From: an uncultured Acetobacteraceae bacterium
GTDB lineage: Bacteria; Pseudomonadota; Alphaproteobacteria; Acetobacterales; Acetobacteraceae
Direction: 5' to 3'
NCBI GenBank assembly: GCA_964236715.1
Contig: CAXSGE010000011.1
Location: forward strand, 14,007-78,006
DNA length: 64,000 bases
The position numbers were made by a program, and so were the translations under genes. Below, one piece after another: positions 26,193 to 36,380 of the stretch; position 1 is the first letter of the stretch, and every line of letters begins with the position of its first letter. Under the pieces are notes generated by a model. It was not told the DNA's origin, made no database searches, and worked only from the letters and a program-made list of their open reading frames with translations.

Positions 26193-27782
26193 GTGCAGCG
26201 TCGTGAACTGCTGAAGGCCGGCATGGCCGGAGCAGCGGGTTTGGCCGCACCGCGGCTCGCACGCGCCGCCGGGGCTGATACGTTGATCTTCGCTCCGCAG
26301 GCTGACCTGGCCCAGCTCGACCCGGTGTGGGTGACGGCATACGTCACGCGCAACCATGCCTTCTTGGTCTTCGACACGCTCTACGGCCTCGACGAGAATT
26401 ACCAGCCGCAGCCGCAAATGGTGGAGGGCCATGTCGTCGAGAACGACGGCAAGCTGTGGACGCTCACCCTGCGCCCGGGCTTGAAATTCCACGACGGCAC
26501 GCCGGTGCTGGCGCGCGATGCGGTGGCGAGCATCCGCCGCTGGGCGTCACGCGACGCGTTCGGCGCCTCCCTGCTGGCGGCAACCGACGAGCTTGCGGCG
26601 CCTGACGACCGCACGATCCGGTTCCGCCTGAAGAAGCCGTTTCCTGCCCTGCCGTTGGCCCTCGGCCGCGGCAGCAACGCAATGCTGCCGGTGATGCCGG
26701 AGCGCCTGGCCAACACGCCGGGCTCGCAGCAGGTCACCGAGATGAACGGCAGCGGCCCCTACCGCTTCATCGCCGGCGAACGCGTGCCGGGCTCGCGCGC
26801 CGTGTATCAGCGCTTCGACGGCTACGTGCCGCGCCCGTCGGGCGTATCGAGCTTCACGGCAGGGCCGAAGCTAGCCACGATCGAACGGATCGAGTGGCGG
26901 ACCATTCCCGACGCGGCAACCGCGGCGGCGGCCCTGCAGGCGGGCGAGATCGACTGGTGGGAGGCGCCGACGGCGGACCTGCTGCCCATGCTCCGGCGCA
27001 ACCGCTCGATCACCACGGAGATCATCGACCGGGCGGGCAACATCGGTTTCCTGCGCATCAACAGCCTGTATCCGCCGTTCGACAACCCTGCCGTGAAACA
27101 TGCGCTGCTCGGCGCGATCGACCAGTCGGACTTCATGGCGGCCGTGGTCGGCACTGATCCGCAGATGTGGCGTCAGCCCGCGGGCGTGTTCACGCCGGGC
27201 ACGCCGCTGGCCACCGATGCAGGGCTGGAGGTGTTTGCCGGCCCACGCGACTACGAGCGCGTCAAGCGCGACCTCGCTACGGCCGGGTATGGCGGCGAGA
27301 AGGTGGTCATGCTGGCCGCCACCGACTTTCCCGCGGTCAACGCGCTGTGCGAGGTCAGCGCCGACATGTTCCGCAAAAGCGGGATCAACCTCGACTACCA
27401 GGCGCTGGACTGGGGCACGGTGACCAGCCGGCGCAACAGCCAGGAGCCGCCGGACAAGGGCGGCTGGAACGCGCATTGCACGTACACGGCCGGCTACGAC
27501 TTGTTGAATCCAGGGTCCAATCCGTCGCTGAACGCGGTCGGGCGCGCGGGCTTCGTCGGTTGGCCGACCGACCCGCGGCAGGCGGAGCTGCGCAGCGCCT
27601 GGTTCGACGCGCCCGACCTCGAAAGCCAGCGGCGAATCTGCCGCGACCTCCAGGCCCGCTTCTTGGAAAACCCCGGCTACTACCCGCTCGGGCAGTTCTT
27701 CCAGGCGACGGCATACCGCAGCAACATCAGCAACATCCCACGCGGCTCGTTCAGCCTGTTCTGGGGCATCAAGAAGGCCTGA
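26193..27782 (+). CDS. ABC transporter substrate-binding protein, family 5 (Tat)
   Basis: GTG start after GGGAGG; QRRELL Tat motif; LDPVW, FDTLYGLD, KFHDG, GSGPYRF. Confidence 0.92.
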   Translation: MQRRELLKAGMAGAAGLAAPRLARAAGADTLIFAPQADLAQLDPVWVTAYVTRNHAFLVFDTLYGLDENYQPQPQMVEGHVVENDGKLWTLTLRPGLKFHDGTPVLARDAVASIRRWASRDAFGASLLAATDELAAPDDRTIRFRLKKPFPALPLALGRGSNAMLPVMPERLANTPGSQQVTEMNGSGPYRFIAGERVPGSRAVYQRFDGYVPRPSGVSSFTAGPKLATIERIEWRTIPDAATAAAALQAGEIDWWEAPTADLLPMLRRNRSITTEIIDRAGNIGFLRINSLYPPFDNPAVKHALLGAIDQSDFMAAVVGTDPQMWRQPAGVFTPGTPLATDAGLEVFAGPRDYERVKRDLATAGYGGEKVVMLAATDFPAVNALCEVSADMFRKSGINLDYQALDWGTVTSRRNSQEPPDKGGWNAHCTYTAGYDLLNPGSNPSLNAVGRAGFVGWPTDPRQAELRSAWFDAPDLESQRRICRDLQARFLENPGYYPLGQFFQATAYRSNISNIPRGSFSLFWGIKKA

Positions 27783-27816
27783 CGGCGCGACTCCCCTCAT
27801 CACCAAAGGAGCGTCC

Positions 27817-28175
27817 ATGTCCGACGCCGCCATCGGCTTCCTGCCAGCCTCTGAACTCGCGGCGTGCTACCGGACCAAGTCGCTTTCCCCTGTCGAGGTC
27901 ATCGATGCGGTGCTGCGCCACGTCCCGCTCGCGACGCTGCTGGGCGAGGCCAACTTCGTGATCTGCCTCGCGCTGGCTACGACCGAGACGGAAAACCTGA
28001 TGGATGCCGCCGCCTTCGCCCGCATGAAGCGCGGCGCGTTCTTCATCAACCTGTCCCGCGGTGGCCTGGTGGACGAGGCGGCGGAGCATCAGGCGTTCGA
28101 TACGGTGCGGCAGGTCGGGGGATTGGCGCAGGGCCGTGTGCCGTTGGGCGCAGTGAATGCGGAGCCCGCATCCGG
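27817..28175 (+). pseudogene. chimeric remnant: amidase N-terminus fused to D-2-hydroxyacid dehydrogenase fragments
   Basis: aa 1-35 amidase-like (ELAACYRTKSLSPVEV); then FARMKRGAFFINLSRGGLVDEAA; then EHQAFDTVRQV...GAVN; AGGAG RBS. Confidence 0.75.
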
Positions 28176-28188
28176 GACGGTGGAGCGG

Positions 28189-29664
28189 TTATTTGCCGAT
28201 CGTGTCCGCGATTTCCCAGCCTCCGCCAAGGGACCGATACAACGCAACCAGGTCCGTTGCGATTTGAGTGTTGATGTTCGCCAGGTCGCTCTGGCTTTGC
28301 AGCAGTTGCGCCTGCGTGGAAATGACATTCAAGAAGTCGATGGCCCCCGCTGCATACCGTTGCCGCGCGGCGCCTAGGGCGATTTCGTTTTGCTTCGCGG
28401 ACTCTGCCAACTGGAGCTTCTGGCGCTGCGCCTGGGCATAAGCCGTAAGGGCGTCGTCCACCTCCTGATAGGCCTGCAGCACCGTCTTCTGGAAGCTGAT
28501 CGCCGCCTGCCGCTGTTGTGACTCCCGCAAGCGCAACGTGCCGCGCAACTGGCCGCCCTGGAAGATAGGAATGGAAATCGACGGCCCTACCTGGAAGGCG
28601 CTGGAGTACAGGTTGAAGGCGTCCTTGAACCGCAGGCTCTCGAGGTCGAAGCTGCCCGTCAGCTTAATGTCAGGATAGAAATTGGCGACCGCCACCCCCG
28701 TCTGCGCGGTGGCGGAGTGCAGGTTGGCCTCCGCCTGCCGAACGTCGGGACGGCGCCGCACCAGCGTGCCGGGCAAGCCGATCGGCACGCTCGGCGGCAC
28801 GTCAGGTTGGGCGACTGGAGTTTGCAGCTCCGGTTGCAACGCTCGGGGCAGCTCGCCCAGGAGCAGGCCGATGGCGTTGATCAGTTGCGCCGCCTGGGTG
28901 CGAAGCGGCGGCAGGGTGGCGGCGATGGTCGATAGCTGCCCCTGCGCCTGCGCCATGTCGAGCGTCGTGGCGACGCCGTTGGCAAAGCGGTTCCTGACCA
29001 GCCGCAAGTTCTCGCCCGCCAATTGGGCGTTGCGTTCCGTGATGGCCAGCCGCGCCTGCGCGCCGCGCAATTGCAGATAGTCTTGGGCAAGATCGGAGAT
29101 CGCCGACAGGGCAACGCCGCGCCGATTCTCCACCGAGGCCAATATATCCGCGTCGGCCGCCTCCACGCCCCGGCGGACCCGGCCGAATAGGTCCAGCTCC
29201 CAGGATGAGGACAGCCCCTCCTGGAACAGGTCATATTCCAGCGGCGCGCCCGGTGCGGGCGTCTCCAGCGAAATAATGCCCGTCGGGCTCGCGCGATTGC
29301 GGGTATATGAGCCCTGCCCGTTGATGTTCGGCAAACCCTGTGAAGCCGTGACCTGGCGCTGCGCCCGGCCCTGGAAAATCCGTTCCAGCGCCGTCTTCAG
29401 GTCGAGGTTTTGGCGTGCCAACCGCTCCACTAGCGACGACAGTTCCGGGTCGTTAAAGCTCCGCCACCAATGATCGTCGACTTCGCTGGAGACGGTGACG
29501 CTCGGCACGTCCAGAGGTTCAGACCCATAGGCGCCTGGCGCGTTCACCGCCGGAGGATGGAAGTCCGGCCCGACCGTGCAGCCAGCAAGGAAGCCGGCGA
29601 GCATGATGGATGCGACTATCGGCGTCGTTCCCCGCCCAGCCACGCGCTGCTTGTGCACCGTCAT
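28189..29664 (-). CDS. efflux outer membrane lipoprotein (NodT/OprM family)
   Basis: Lipobox LAGC-TVGP, WWRSFND, SWELDLFG, RRPDVRQAE, LYRSLGGGW. Confidence 0.93.
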   Translation of the reverse strand: MTVHKQRVAGRGTTPIVASIMLAGFLAGCTVGPDFHPPAVNAPGAYGSEPLDVPSVTVSSEVDDHWWRSFNDPELSSLVERLARQNLDLKTALERIFQGRAQRQVTASQGLPNINGQGSYTRNRASPTGIISLETPAPGAPLEYDLFQEGLSSSWELDLFGRVRRGVEAADADILASVENRRGVALSAISDLAQDYLQLRGAQARLAITERNAQLAGENLRLVRNRFANGVATTLDMAQAQGQLSTIAATLPPLRTQAAQLINAIGLLLGELPRALQPELQTPVAQPDVPPSVPIGLPGTLVRRRPDVRQAEANLHSATAQTGVAVANFYPDIKLTGSFDLESLRFKDAFNLYSSAFQVGPSISIPIFQGGQLRGTLRLRESQQRQAAISFQKTVLQAYQEVDDALTAYAQAQRQKLQLAESAKQNEIALGAARQRYAAGAIDFLNVISTQAQLLQSQSDLANINTQIATDLVALYRSLGGGWEIADTIGK

Positions 29665-29667
29665 CGC

Positions 29668-30903
29668 TCAGCGCGCCGATATCCGCGCCGGGTCATTGCG
29701 TTGCTCGCCCTTTACGTTCGCCAGCCCGGTGTCGACCATCGTTTCGACGGAAAAGCCCAGGCGCAGCAGCTTCGCCTCATCCTGGCCCGGCGTCACCACG
29801 ATCTTCACGGGCAGGCGCTGCACGATCTTGGTGAAATTGCCGGTCGCGTTGTTCGGCTGAATTGCCCCGAATGCAGCGCCGGAGGCCGGAGGCAAGCTGT
29901 CCACGACGCCGTCGAGCGTGATGTTGTAGGCGTCGACATGGATGCGCACATGCTGCCCTGGAAGCATGTGCCGCAATGCTTCCTCGCGATAGTTCGCCTC
30001 GATGTAGATGCGGTCGAGCGGAACCACGGCCATGAGCGACACGCCGGGACCGACGTAGTTGCCGACTTGCACGGTGCGCTGGGCCACCATGCCGTCCAAC
30101 GGCGCCACAATGCGAGTGTACGACAGGTTGAGCTTGGCCTGCTGCACCTGCGCCTCATCGGCTTTCACCGTAGCGGCTGCCGCCGCGCGCTGCGCCTCCA
30201 AGATCGGTATCTGGCGCTTACCCGACTCGGTTGCCGCTTTCGCTTGGTCGACCGCCGCCTGCGCCTGCTCCACCGCCTGGTCCGCCTGTTGGCGCTCTTG
30301 CACCGTGCCTGCCCCAGTCGCGGAGAGGCTGCGGTAACGCTTTTGGTTGGCCAGGGCAAAAGTGAGCTGCGCCTGGGCAGATGGCACTTGCGCCTGCGAC
30401 TGGCCGATGACCGAGGGCTGCCGCTGAATGGAGCCGGCCGCGTTGTTCACTTGCGCCTGGTCGCGCTCCAGCACCGCCTCGGCGTTGGCTAGCGCCGCAA
30501 GGTAATCACGGTCATCAACCGTCACGAGCACCTGGCCGGCGCGCACCTGCTGGTTGTCCTCGACGTCGACGGAGGTGATCTTGCCCGAGATTTGCGGCGC
30601 AATCGTCGAGTAATGCGCCGTCATGTAGGCATCGTCCGTGTAAACCGTGGAACGCGGAACGTAGATGATCGCCAACACCACGGCCACGAAACCCACGCCG
30701 ACCACTCCGGCAACGACCCACGGCCAGACGGGCTTGCGCTTGGCGGGCTTGCCGTCGTCCTTGCCCTTGGCTTGCTGCTTCCCCTCGGACCCGCCATCCT
30801 GATTTTTGGCCCCGTCCTGCTTGGAGCCGTCCTGGCCGGAACTGTCCTTCTTGGGCGGTTCCTTGTTGCCATCGTCCTTTGCTTCGTCGCTCGCGGCTGC
30901 CAT
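29668..30903 (-). CDS. HlyD/EmrA-type membrane fusion protein
   Basis: YTDDAY, LSYTRIVAPLDG, NATGNFTKIVQRLPVKI. Confidence 0.93.
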   Translation of the reverse strand: MAAASDEAKDDGNKEPPKKDSSGQDGSKQDGAKNQDGGSEGKQQAKGKDDGKPAKRKPVWPWVVAGVVGVGFVAVVLAIIYVPRSTVYTDDAYMTAHYSTIAPQISGKITSVDVEDNQQVRAGQVLVTVDDRDYLAALANAEAVLERDQAQVNNAAGSIQRQPSVIGQSQAQVPSAQAQLTFALANQKRYRSLSATGAGTVQERQQADQAVEQAQAAVDQAKAATESGKRQIPILEAQRAAAAATVKADEAQVQQAKLNLSYTRIVAPLDGMVAQRTVQVGNYVGPGVSLMAVVPLDRIYIEANYREEALRHMLPGQHVRIHVDAYNITLDGVVDSLPPASGAAFGAIQPNNATGNFTKIVQRLPVKIVVTPGQDEAKLLRLGFSVETMVDTGLANVKGEQRNDPARISAR

Positions 30904-30915
30904 TCTTCGTGTCCG

Positions 30916-32415
30916 TCAGTTCTTGGCCAACTCAATGCGGGGCGGATAGGTGCGAACCGGCAGCACCAGCAGCACGACCATCAAGACGACGGTAAGCGCC
31001 GCGATCACGAAGTATGCGTCGCTGAGCGCCATGACGGTCGACTGCGCCTGAACCGCCTGCGAGAACACCGCCAAGGCGGCCTGCGAATGATGCTGCAGCG
31101 CGCTGAACGATCCCAGCCCGGATTGGTCGACGATGTCATTGTAATGGAAGGCTCCACGCCAGCGCATGATCAGTTGCAGCAGCCATACTCCCACCGGCTC
31201 GGCGACCGCGCGCATGGTGTTGACCAAGGTGGAGGCGAACGGCCCGTCCGCCGGGTTCCTGATCGTGTTGGTCGCAATCATCAGCAGCGGCATCACGATC
31301 ATCGGCTGTCCGACGAGCTGAAATCCTTGCCAGAGCAAGAAACCCCCGCCGTCCACGACGGACGTCAGCAGCGTGCTGCCAAGGCAGGACACCAGGATGC
31401 ACGCCATCCCGATGAAGCTCACGACGCGCGCGTCCACGCGCTCGAAGTTCAGCAGGAACGCCACGGCTGGAAGCATGACGAACTGCCCTGCAGCAACCAC
31501 GAGGGTGACGACGTAGGATTGATTCGGCCGATAACCCTGAACTTCCTGCAAGAACTGAAGTGGGATGGTGGACGCGGACAAACCAAGCAGCAAGAAGATG
31601 AACAAGGCGACGAGCGAATAGGTAAAATTACGCTGTTTCAGCAAAGAAAATTTGTAGAGCGGCAATTCGTGGTGCAGCTCGTTGACGACCAGCAACGGGA
31701 GCGTCACCACACTGATCAAGGCCAAGACACAGATCATCTTGGAGTTGAACCAGTCGTAGCGGTCGCCCTGCTCCAGCATCGTCGTCAGCGCGCCAAAACC
31801 AATGGCGACCAGAAGCGCGCCGCGCCAGTCGAACAGCCGCAGCCGTTCGTATTTCGGCGGGTCCTGCTCCACGCCGTACCAGACCAGCACGGCGGCAATC
31901 GCGCATAGCGGCAGGTCCTCCCAGAACACGAACTGCCAGCCCACCGCGTCGGTCCATAAGGCCGCCAAGGTGGTGGAGATGCTGGGGCCGAACGTCGCCG
32001 TGAGCGCATACAGCGCCAGGCCGTATAGCCGGATCGGCGGCGCCAGCACCCGCAGCCCGATCGTCAAGAGCAGCGGGATGGTGAACCCGGCCGAAACGCC
32101 CTGGATGAACCGCAAGCCGTAAAGCAGGATCAGGTCCGATGTCGTCGGTATGAGAAGCGTGCTCACGCAGCAAAGGGCGATAGCGAACAGCGCGAATCGC
32201 CGGATCGACACCGTGACCGCCCACCACGTCGCCATGCTCATTCCGATCACCTCGCCCACGGCGAACAGACTCGTGAGCCAGGTGCCGGGATCGTGGCTGA
32301 TCCCGAGCCCGCCTCGCACGTCAATAAGCGCCGCAGACGTAACCCCGTCGTTGAATTCGACGTTCAGGGCAGCAATCAGCACGCCCACAAGGCCAATAAG
32401 CGGCTTAATGTCCAT
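30916..32415 (-). CDS. MFS efflux transporter (DHA2/EmrB-like)
   Basis: Many TM segments, LRFIQG, GWQFVFW, LEQGDRYDWFNS. Confidence 0.9.
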   Translation of the reverse strand: MDIKPLIGLVGVLIAALNVEFNDGVTSAALIDVRGGLGISHDPGTWLTSLFAVGEVIGMSMATWWAVTVSIRRFALFAIALCCVSTLLIPTTSDLILLYGLRFIQGVSAGFTIPLLLTIGLRVLAPPIRLYGLALYALTATFGPSISTTLAALWTDAVGWQFVFWEDLPLCAIAAVLVWYGVEQDPPKYERLRLFDWRGALLVAIGFGALTTMLEQGDRYDWFNSKMICVLALISVVTLPLLVVNELHHELPLYKFSLLKQRNFTYSLVALFIFLLLGLSASTIPLQFLQEVQGYRPNQSYVVTLVVAAGQFVMLPAVAFLLNFERVDARVVSFIGMACILVSCLGSTLLTSVVDGGGFLLWQGFQLVGQPMIVMPLLMIATNTIRNPADGPFASTLVNTMRAVAEPVGVWLLQLIMRWRGAFHYNDIVDQSGLGSFSALQHHSQAALAVFSQAVQAQSTVMALSDAYFVIAALTVVLMVVLLVLPVRTYPPRIELAKN

Positions 32416-32456
32416 GCTAACCTCAACGCCTCGCGCGCAAGCCCATCCACGAACCA

Positions 32457-32530
32457 CTAGGCTTGGAGTCAATGAACGGCGAGGTCCGAACATCGTTGCG
32501 CTTGAACTGTCGCGTTCTTGCTGCGGCTAG
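32457..32530. repeat. degenerate CTAG-bounded intergenic element
   Basis: ccaCTAG...ggCTAG boundaries between the two efflux operons; interior divergent from the other copies. Confidence 0.35.
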
Positions 32531-32563
32531 GCGGCGCGCCTGCCAGGCTTGCGAAAGCGGGCT

Positions 32564-34129
32564 CTATTGCGGCTGAGGCATCGTGCCGGTGGAACTCAAC
32601 CGGGATGCTAAACCATTCGCGTCCTGGGTCGATGTTAGCTGCCCCGTGGCGAATGCGAGCGCGGCGGCCGTGGTGAGAACCTGGGAGTGGACAGCCGCAA
32701 CCGTGCTTTTCGCCGTGGCAAGCGCCGTCTGTGCGTTGCTCGCATCCGTCAGCGTCCCCACCCGGTGCCGGTATGCATCCGAAGCTGAGTCGAACGCGGT
32801 CTGGGAGGCGGCCTGCAACGCGACAGCGGCATTATACTGCGTGAGGCCGGTCGTCAGCTCGTCGTAATTGAGCGCCACTTGCCGCATCGCTTGGTCCTGG
32901 CCCTGCTGCAGCGTGTCCGCCGCTTCGGCGGCGGCGGACTGGGCCAGCTTGATCTGGTTCTGCAGCGAGCCACCCTGGTAGAGGCTCCAGCTAAAGTCGA
33001 GGTAGGCCCCGACTTCCGTCCCGCGGATAGGGGTGGAGGGCAGGTCTTCGGTCGATATCTGCCCATACTTCCCGCTCCCCTTGATACTGATGAGAACCTT
33101 GGGGAACAGGGCCGACCGCGCAGACGCGACCTGGGCCTCGCTGGCGCGGAGCTTGGCCAAATCGGCCAGCAAATCCGGCCTGCGTTCCAGCGCAGTCTGC
33201 ATGAGCTGCTGGACCGTTGCGCCGACTTGGCGCGGCAGCGGCTGACCGGACGGCAACGCGACGCGCAGTTTAGCGTCCGGCGGCGACCCCATGGCCGCGA
33301 GCAGGCTGTATAGGGCTGCGTTCCGGGCGCTGGCGGCTTGGGCTATCGCGTAGCGGGCCTGCGCCACGGAGCGCCGTGCCTGGTCGACATCGGTCACCGT
33401 GCCCTCGCCGTGGCGCAGCTTCTGTTCAGCCGAGTCGAACAGGAGCTGGGCGTTCTTGAGCGATTGCGCCGCGCTCTCGACCTGCGCGTCCGCCGCCCCA
33501 AGCGAGAAGTACGCTCGCGATACGTCGAGGATCACCGTTTGGTGGGCGGCAGTGAAGGAAATGTTGGCGGCAATGGATGCCTGCTTGGCCGACTGCACAT
33601 TGGCCGCCCGCCCGCCGAAATCGAACAGCAGGTAGCTCATGGTCACCGCAGGGAACAGCCCCTCGGCGTCTGACGTGATGTAACCCTTTTTGCTGAGAAA
33701 GGTGGGGAACGGCGTGACCGAGCGCTGGTATCCCCCAAGCACGTCCACGGTGATCTGCGGCAGGTAGGCGGCCCGGCTGATTCCCACGCTGATCGCAGCC
33801 TGGCGCGCCTCCTCCCAAGCAATTCGGGTCTGCTTGTTGCTGCGCTGGGCGATGTCGATCAGCTCGACCAAGCTGTATTCATGCGAGGCGTCGATCACTG
33901 GGTGACTGTCCGGCCATGGCAGGGCGGGATCCCTCGGCAGGTCGTAGCGGCCCGGCACCGCGCCGGTAACGAGGGCTGCGGGCGGGGTGCGGAGAGACGC
34001 GGTGTCCGGCGGTGCGCCCGGAGCGGATACGGTGGTCCGCCACGGGGCTTCCGGTGAAGCAGGAGCCAAGTCGCTCGTGTCGTTGCAGCCATAAAGCGGC
34101 AACGCCAGCAAAAGAAGCATCCGTCTCAT
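32564..34129 (-). CDS. TolC family outer membrane lipoprotein
   Basis: Lipobox LYGC, LVELIDIA, YLLFDFGGR, ALERRPDL. Confidence 0.9.
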   Translation of the reverse strand: MRRMLLLLALPLYGCNDTSDLAPASPEAPWRTTVSAPGAPPDTASLRTPPAALVTGAVPGRYDLPRDPALPWPDSHPVIDASHEYSLVELIDIAQRSNKQTRIAWEEARQAAISVGISRAAYLPQITVDVLGGYQRSVTPFPTFLSKKGYITSDAEGLFPAVTMSYLLFDFGGRAANVQSAKQASIAANISFTAAHQTVILDVSRAYFSLGAADAQVESAAQSLKNAQLLFDSAEQKLRHGEGTVTDVDQARRSVAQARYAIAQAASARNAALYSLLAAMGSPPDAKLRVALPSGQPLPRQVGATVQQLMQTALERRPDLLADLAKLRASEAQVASARSALFPKVLISIKGSGKYGQISTEDLPSTPIRGTEVGAYLDFSWSLYQGGSLQNQIKLAQSAAAEAADTLQQGQDQAMRQVALNYDELTTGLTQYNAAVALQAASQTAFDSASDAYRHRVGTLTDASNAQTALATAKSTVAAVHSQVLTTAAALAFATGQLTSTQDANGLASRLSSTGTMPQPQ

Positions 34130-34133
34130 GCCA

Positions 34134-36380
34134 TCAACCGCCCGCAACGGCCGGCTCCAGCGCCGGAGTTCCCACATGGGCTGCGTCGGCGCCAACCTCC
34201 CTGATCATGGTGGTGGCGTCATCATGAAGGAGGCCATACCACGCAGCGCAAGCGGCTAGGTGCGCCTCAGCGTTGCCCTCCGGCCCCGCGTGCGCGAGAT
34301 CGGGGGGCCTGGGCAGCGTTGCCAGCAGCGCGCCTCCCCCGGTCCCATCCTGCATCCAACGGGCGCAGCCGCGGAACCAATCCGCCATCGCGCCCTGATA
34401 GTCGGCGGTTGCGACTTGCGCCGCCTTCGGCATGGACGCCTCGGTGCCGCCGGGCTGCTGCTGAAGCGCCACGATCATCGAGACCGGCAGCACCAGCGCC
34501 TGCACGCTAGCGACGGAGCCAGCGTCGATGAGCCGGTGTTCGCGGTCTCGGTCGCGCCGGTCGGGCCGTATCCTGGTCGTCTCGTAGCGGTCGTTCACAA
34601 GGCTGGCTTGGGTGCCCGCGATCGCCTTGTCGAAGCCTTGCCGCAGCTTCCCAGGATCTGGGGCATGTTCCTGCGTGTCCGATGGGCGGGTCGAGACCAG
34701 CAAGTCGGCCAGGCTTTTGAGCGCCTGGCCCAGGTTCTTGCGCACGCCGCTCACGATGCTGACGGGCCAAATCGTGGTGAAGACCACATAAACCGTCACG
34801 TCGCCCAGCAAGATGCCGATGATACGGTCGCGCCCCGCCTCCATGCTAGTGGTCGGACCATAGCCCGACAGCACGCAGGCGAAGTAGGCGATCGCGATCT
34901 GCTGGCCGGCGTAGTTGGTCCGCTCGCTGCCGTTCTTGATCCAAGCCGCCAGCAGCAGCGGCCCGGCCATGACCAGCAGGAGGTCGGCCAGCGTGGTCAT
35001 GAACGGCATCAGAAGCAGGATGGTCCCGATGCCGAGCATGGCGCCTATCAGGCATCCCGCAATGCGCAGCAGCGCCTTGTGGATCGTCTCGCCAGTCGAC
35101 TCGAACGAGACGACGAAGACGGTGATCAGGCAGGTGGCGATGCCCGACCAGTTCGTCAGCCGTTCGACTCCGTAGCAAAACATCGCGCAAAGGGTGAGCT
35201 TTAGGCCGAATTGGACATAATACGGATTGGTCCAGGCGTCGGCGAGGAAGAACCCACTGGACCCCTTACCTGCTTTCGGCTTGCTTTGCTTCCCGGCGGG
35301 TTCGTTGCTCAGGATACGCCGGATCTCCCTCAGGACGTCCGCCAACTCCGCCGCGAGCGGAAGCACGGCAGGCGGGGGCTTGCTGTCCCCACTCCCGGAA
35401 CCCGGCGTCGCATCGCCGGGCTGCTCCTGGAACGGGGTATTCTTCCGCAATGCCCGCCCGGCAGCCCGGCAAGTGCGAGCCGCGTGGGCAAGCGTCGCTC
35501 CAGGGGAATCGGTTGCAACCCGATGCCATGCCAGTATGAGAAGGCCGAGCCGGTCGACCTCGCCGATCAGCTTTTCGGCGTCTTCGTGCCGGGGCGAACC
35601 GCGGTGCCACATCTTGGCCGCGCCTTGCAGCTTGAGCGGCTTGGCCGTGCCCTGCCTCGCGAGCTTGGCGAGTTTGGGCACGGCGTCGCGGTCGCCATCG
35701 CAAACCCGTGCCGCCGCATCGAGGCGATCGGCCAAGTCGGAGCGGAGAACTTGCGCCGGGTCACGCCCTAAAGCTTGATTGTACAAATAGAGCAGCACCA
35801 CGGCCACAACCAATTCAAACGTATTCCACAGCACGCTTTGGAGCAGCGATTCCTCCGGCGACATGAACAGGATGTTGGGCAGCGTGTTCTCGGTTGTGTT
35901 TCCCGACACGTAGGTCTGCTCCAGCGCGCCCTGCAGCAGCAGGTCGCCCGATGGAATATTATAGACAGTCCACATCCCGAAAATCTGCAGGGCGTGGCCG
36001 AGCTTGGCACTTTTGGTCACGAACCCGGTGACGAAGGTCAGCAGGGCCATGAGCGGCAGTCGCAGGGCAGGCTGCGACAGGCTCACCATGAACACCAGGA
36101 TGATGAGGCCGGTCGACGCGACGACAGCGGCTGCGCCGGCCAGCGAGGTGGTGGTCGTCGAACCCGCGTCAGTGCTGAAAACGATGAAACCAGTGTAGGC
36201 GAATAGCAGGATGTCCGGCAGGCGGAACATCTCGCCGATGGTGATGGTCGCCAAGCCGAACAGGGTCAGCCGCAGCGTGTTGCCGAGCCGCCCGGGCGTG
36301 GGCCGCAACTCGTGGCGCAGCAGCGCGAGCATCGCTGGCGGGTCGCCGACATCGACTGCGGGCGGCCTGTCCTTGCTCAC
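34134..36380 (-). CDS. FUSC-family (MdtO-like) efflux membrane protein
   Basis: ELRPTPGRL, WSGIATCLIT, LRIAGCLIG, RDRIIGILLG; GTGA overlap with mdtN. Confidence 0.88.
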   Translation of the reverse strand: MSKDRPPAVDVGDPPAMLALLRHELRPTPGRLGNTLRLTLFGLATITIGEMFRLPDILLFAYTGFIVFSTDAGSTTTTSLAGAAAVVASTGLIILVFMVSLSQPALRLPLMALLTFVTGFVTKSAKLGHALQIFGMWTVYNIPSGDLLLQGALEQTYVSGNTTENTLPNILFMSPEESLLQSVLWNTFELVVAVVLLYLYNQALGRDPAQVLRSDLADRLDAAARVCDGDRDAVPKLAKLARQGTAKPLKLQGAAKMWHRGSPRHEDAEKLIGEVDRLGLLILAWHRVATDSPGATLAHAARTCRAAGRALRKNTPFQEQPGDATPGSGSGDSKPPPAVLPLAAELADVLREIRRILSNEPAGKQSKPKAGKGSSGFFLADAWTNPYYVQFGLKLTLCAMFCYGVERLTNWSGIATCLITVFVVSFESTGETIHKALLRIAGCLIGAMLGIGTILLLMPFMTTLADLLLVMAGPLLLAAWIKNGSERTNYAGQQIAIAYFACVLSGYGPTTSMEAGRDRIIGILLGDVTVYVVFTTIWPVSIVSGVRKNLGQALKSLADLLVSTRPSDTQEHAPDPGKLRQGFDKAIAGTQASLVNDRYETTRIRPDRRDRDREHRLIDAGSVASVQALVLPVSMIVALQQQPGGTEASMPKAAQVATADYQGAMADWFRGCARWMQDGTGGGALLATLPRPPDLAHAGPEGNAEAHLAACAAWYGLLHDDATTMIREVGADAAHVGTPALEPAVAGG

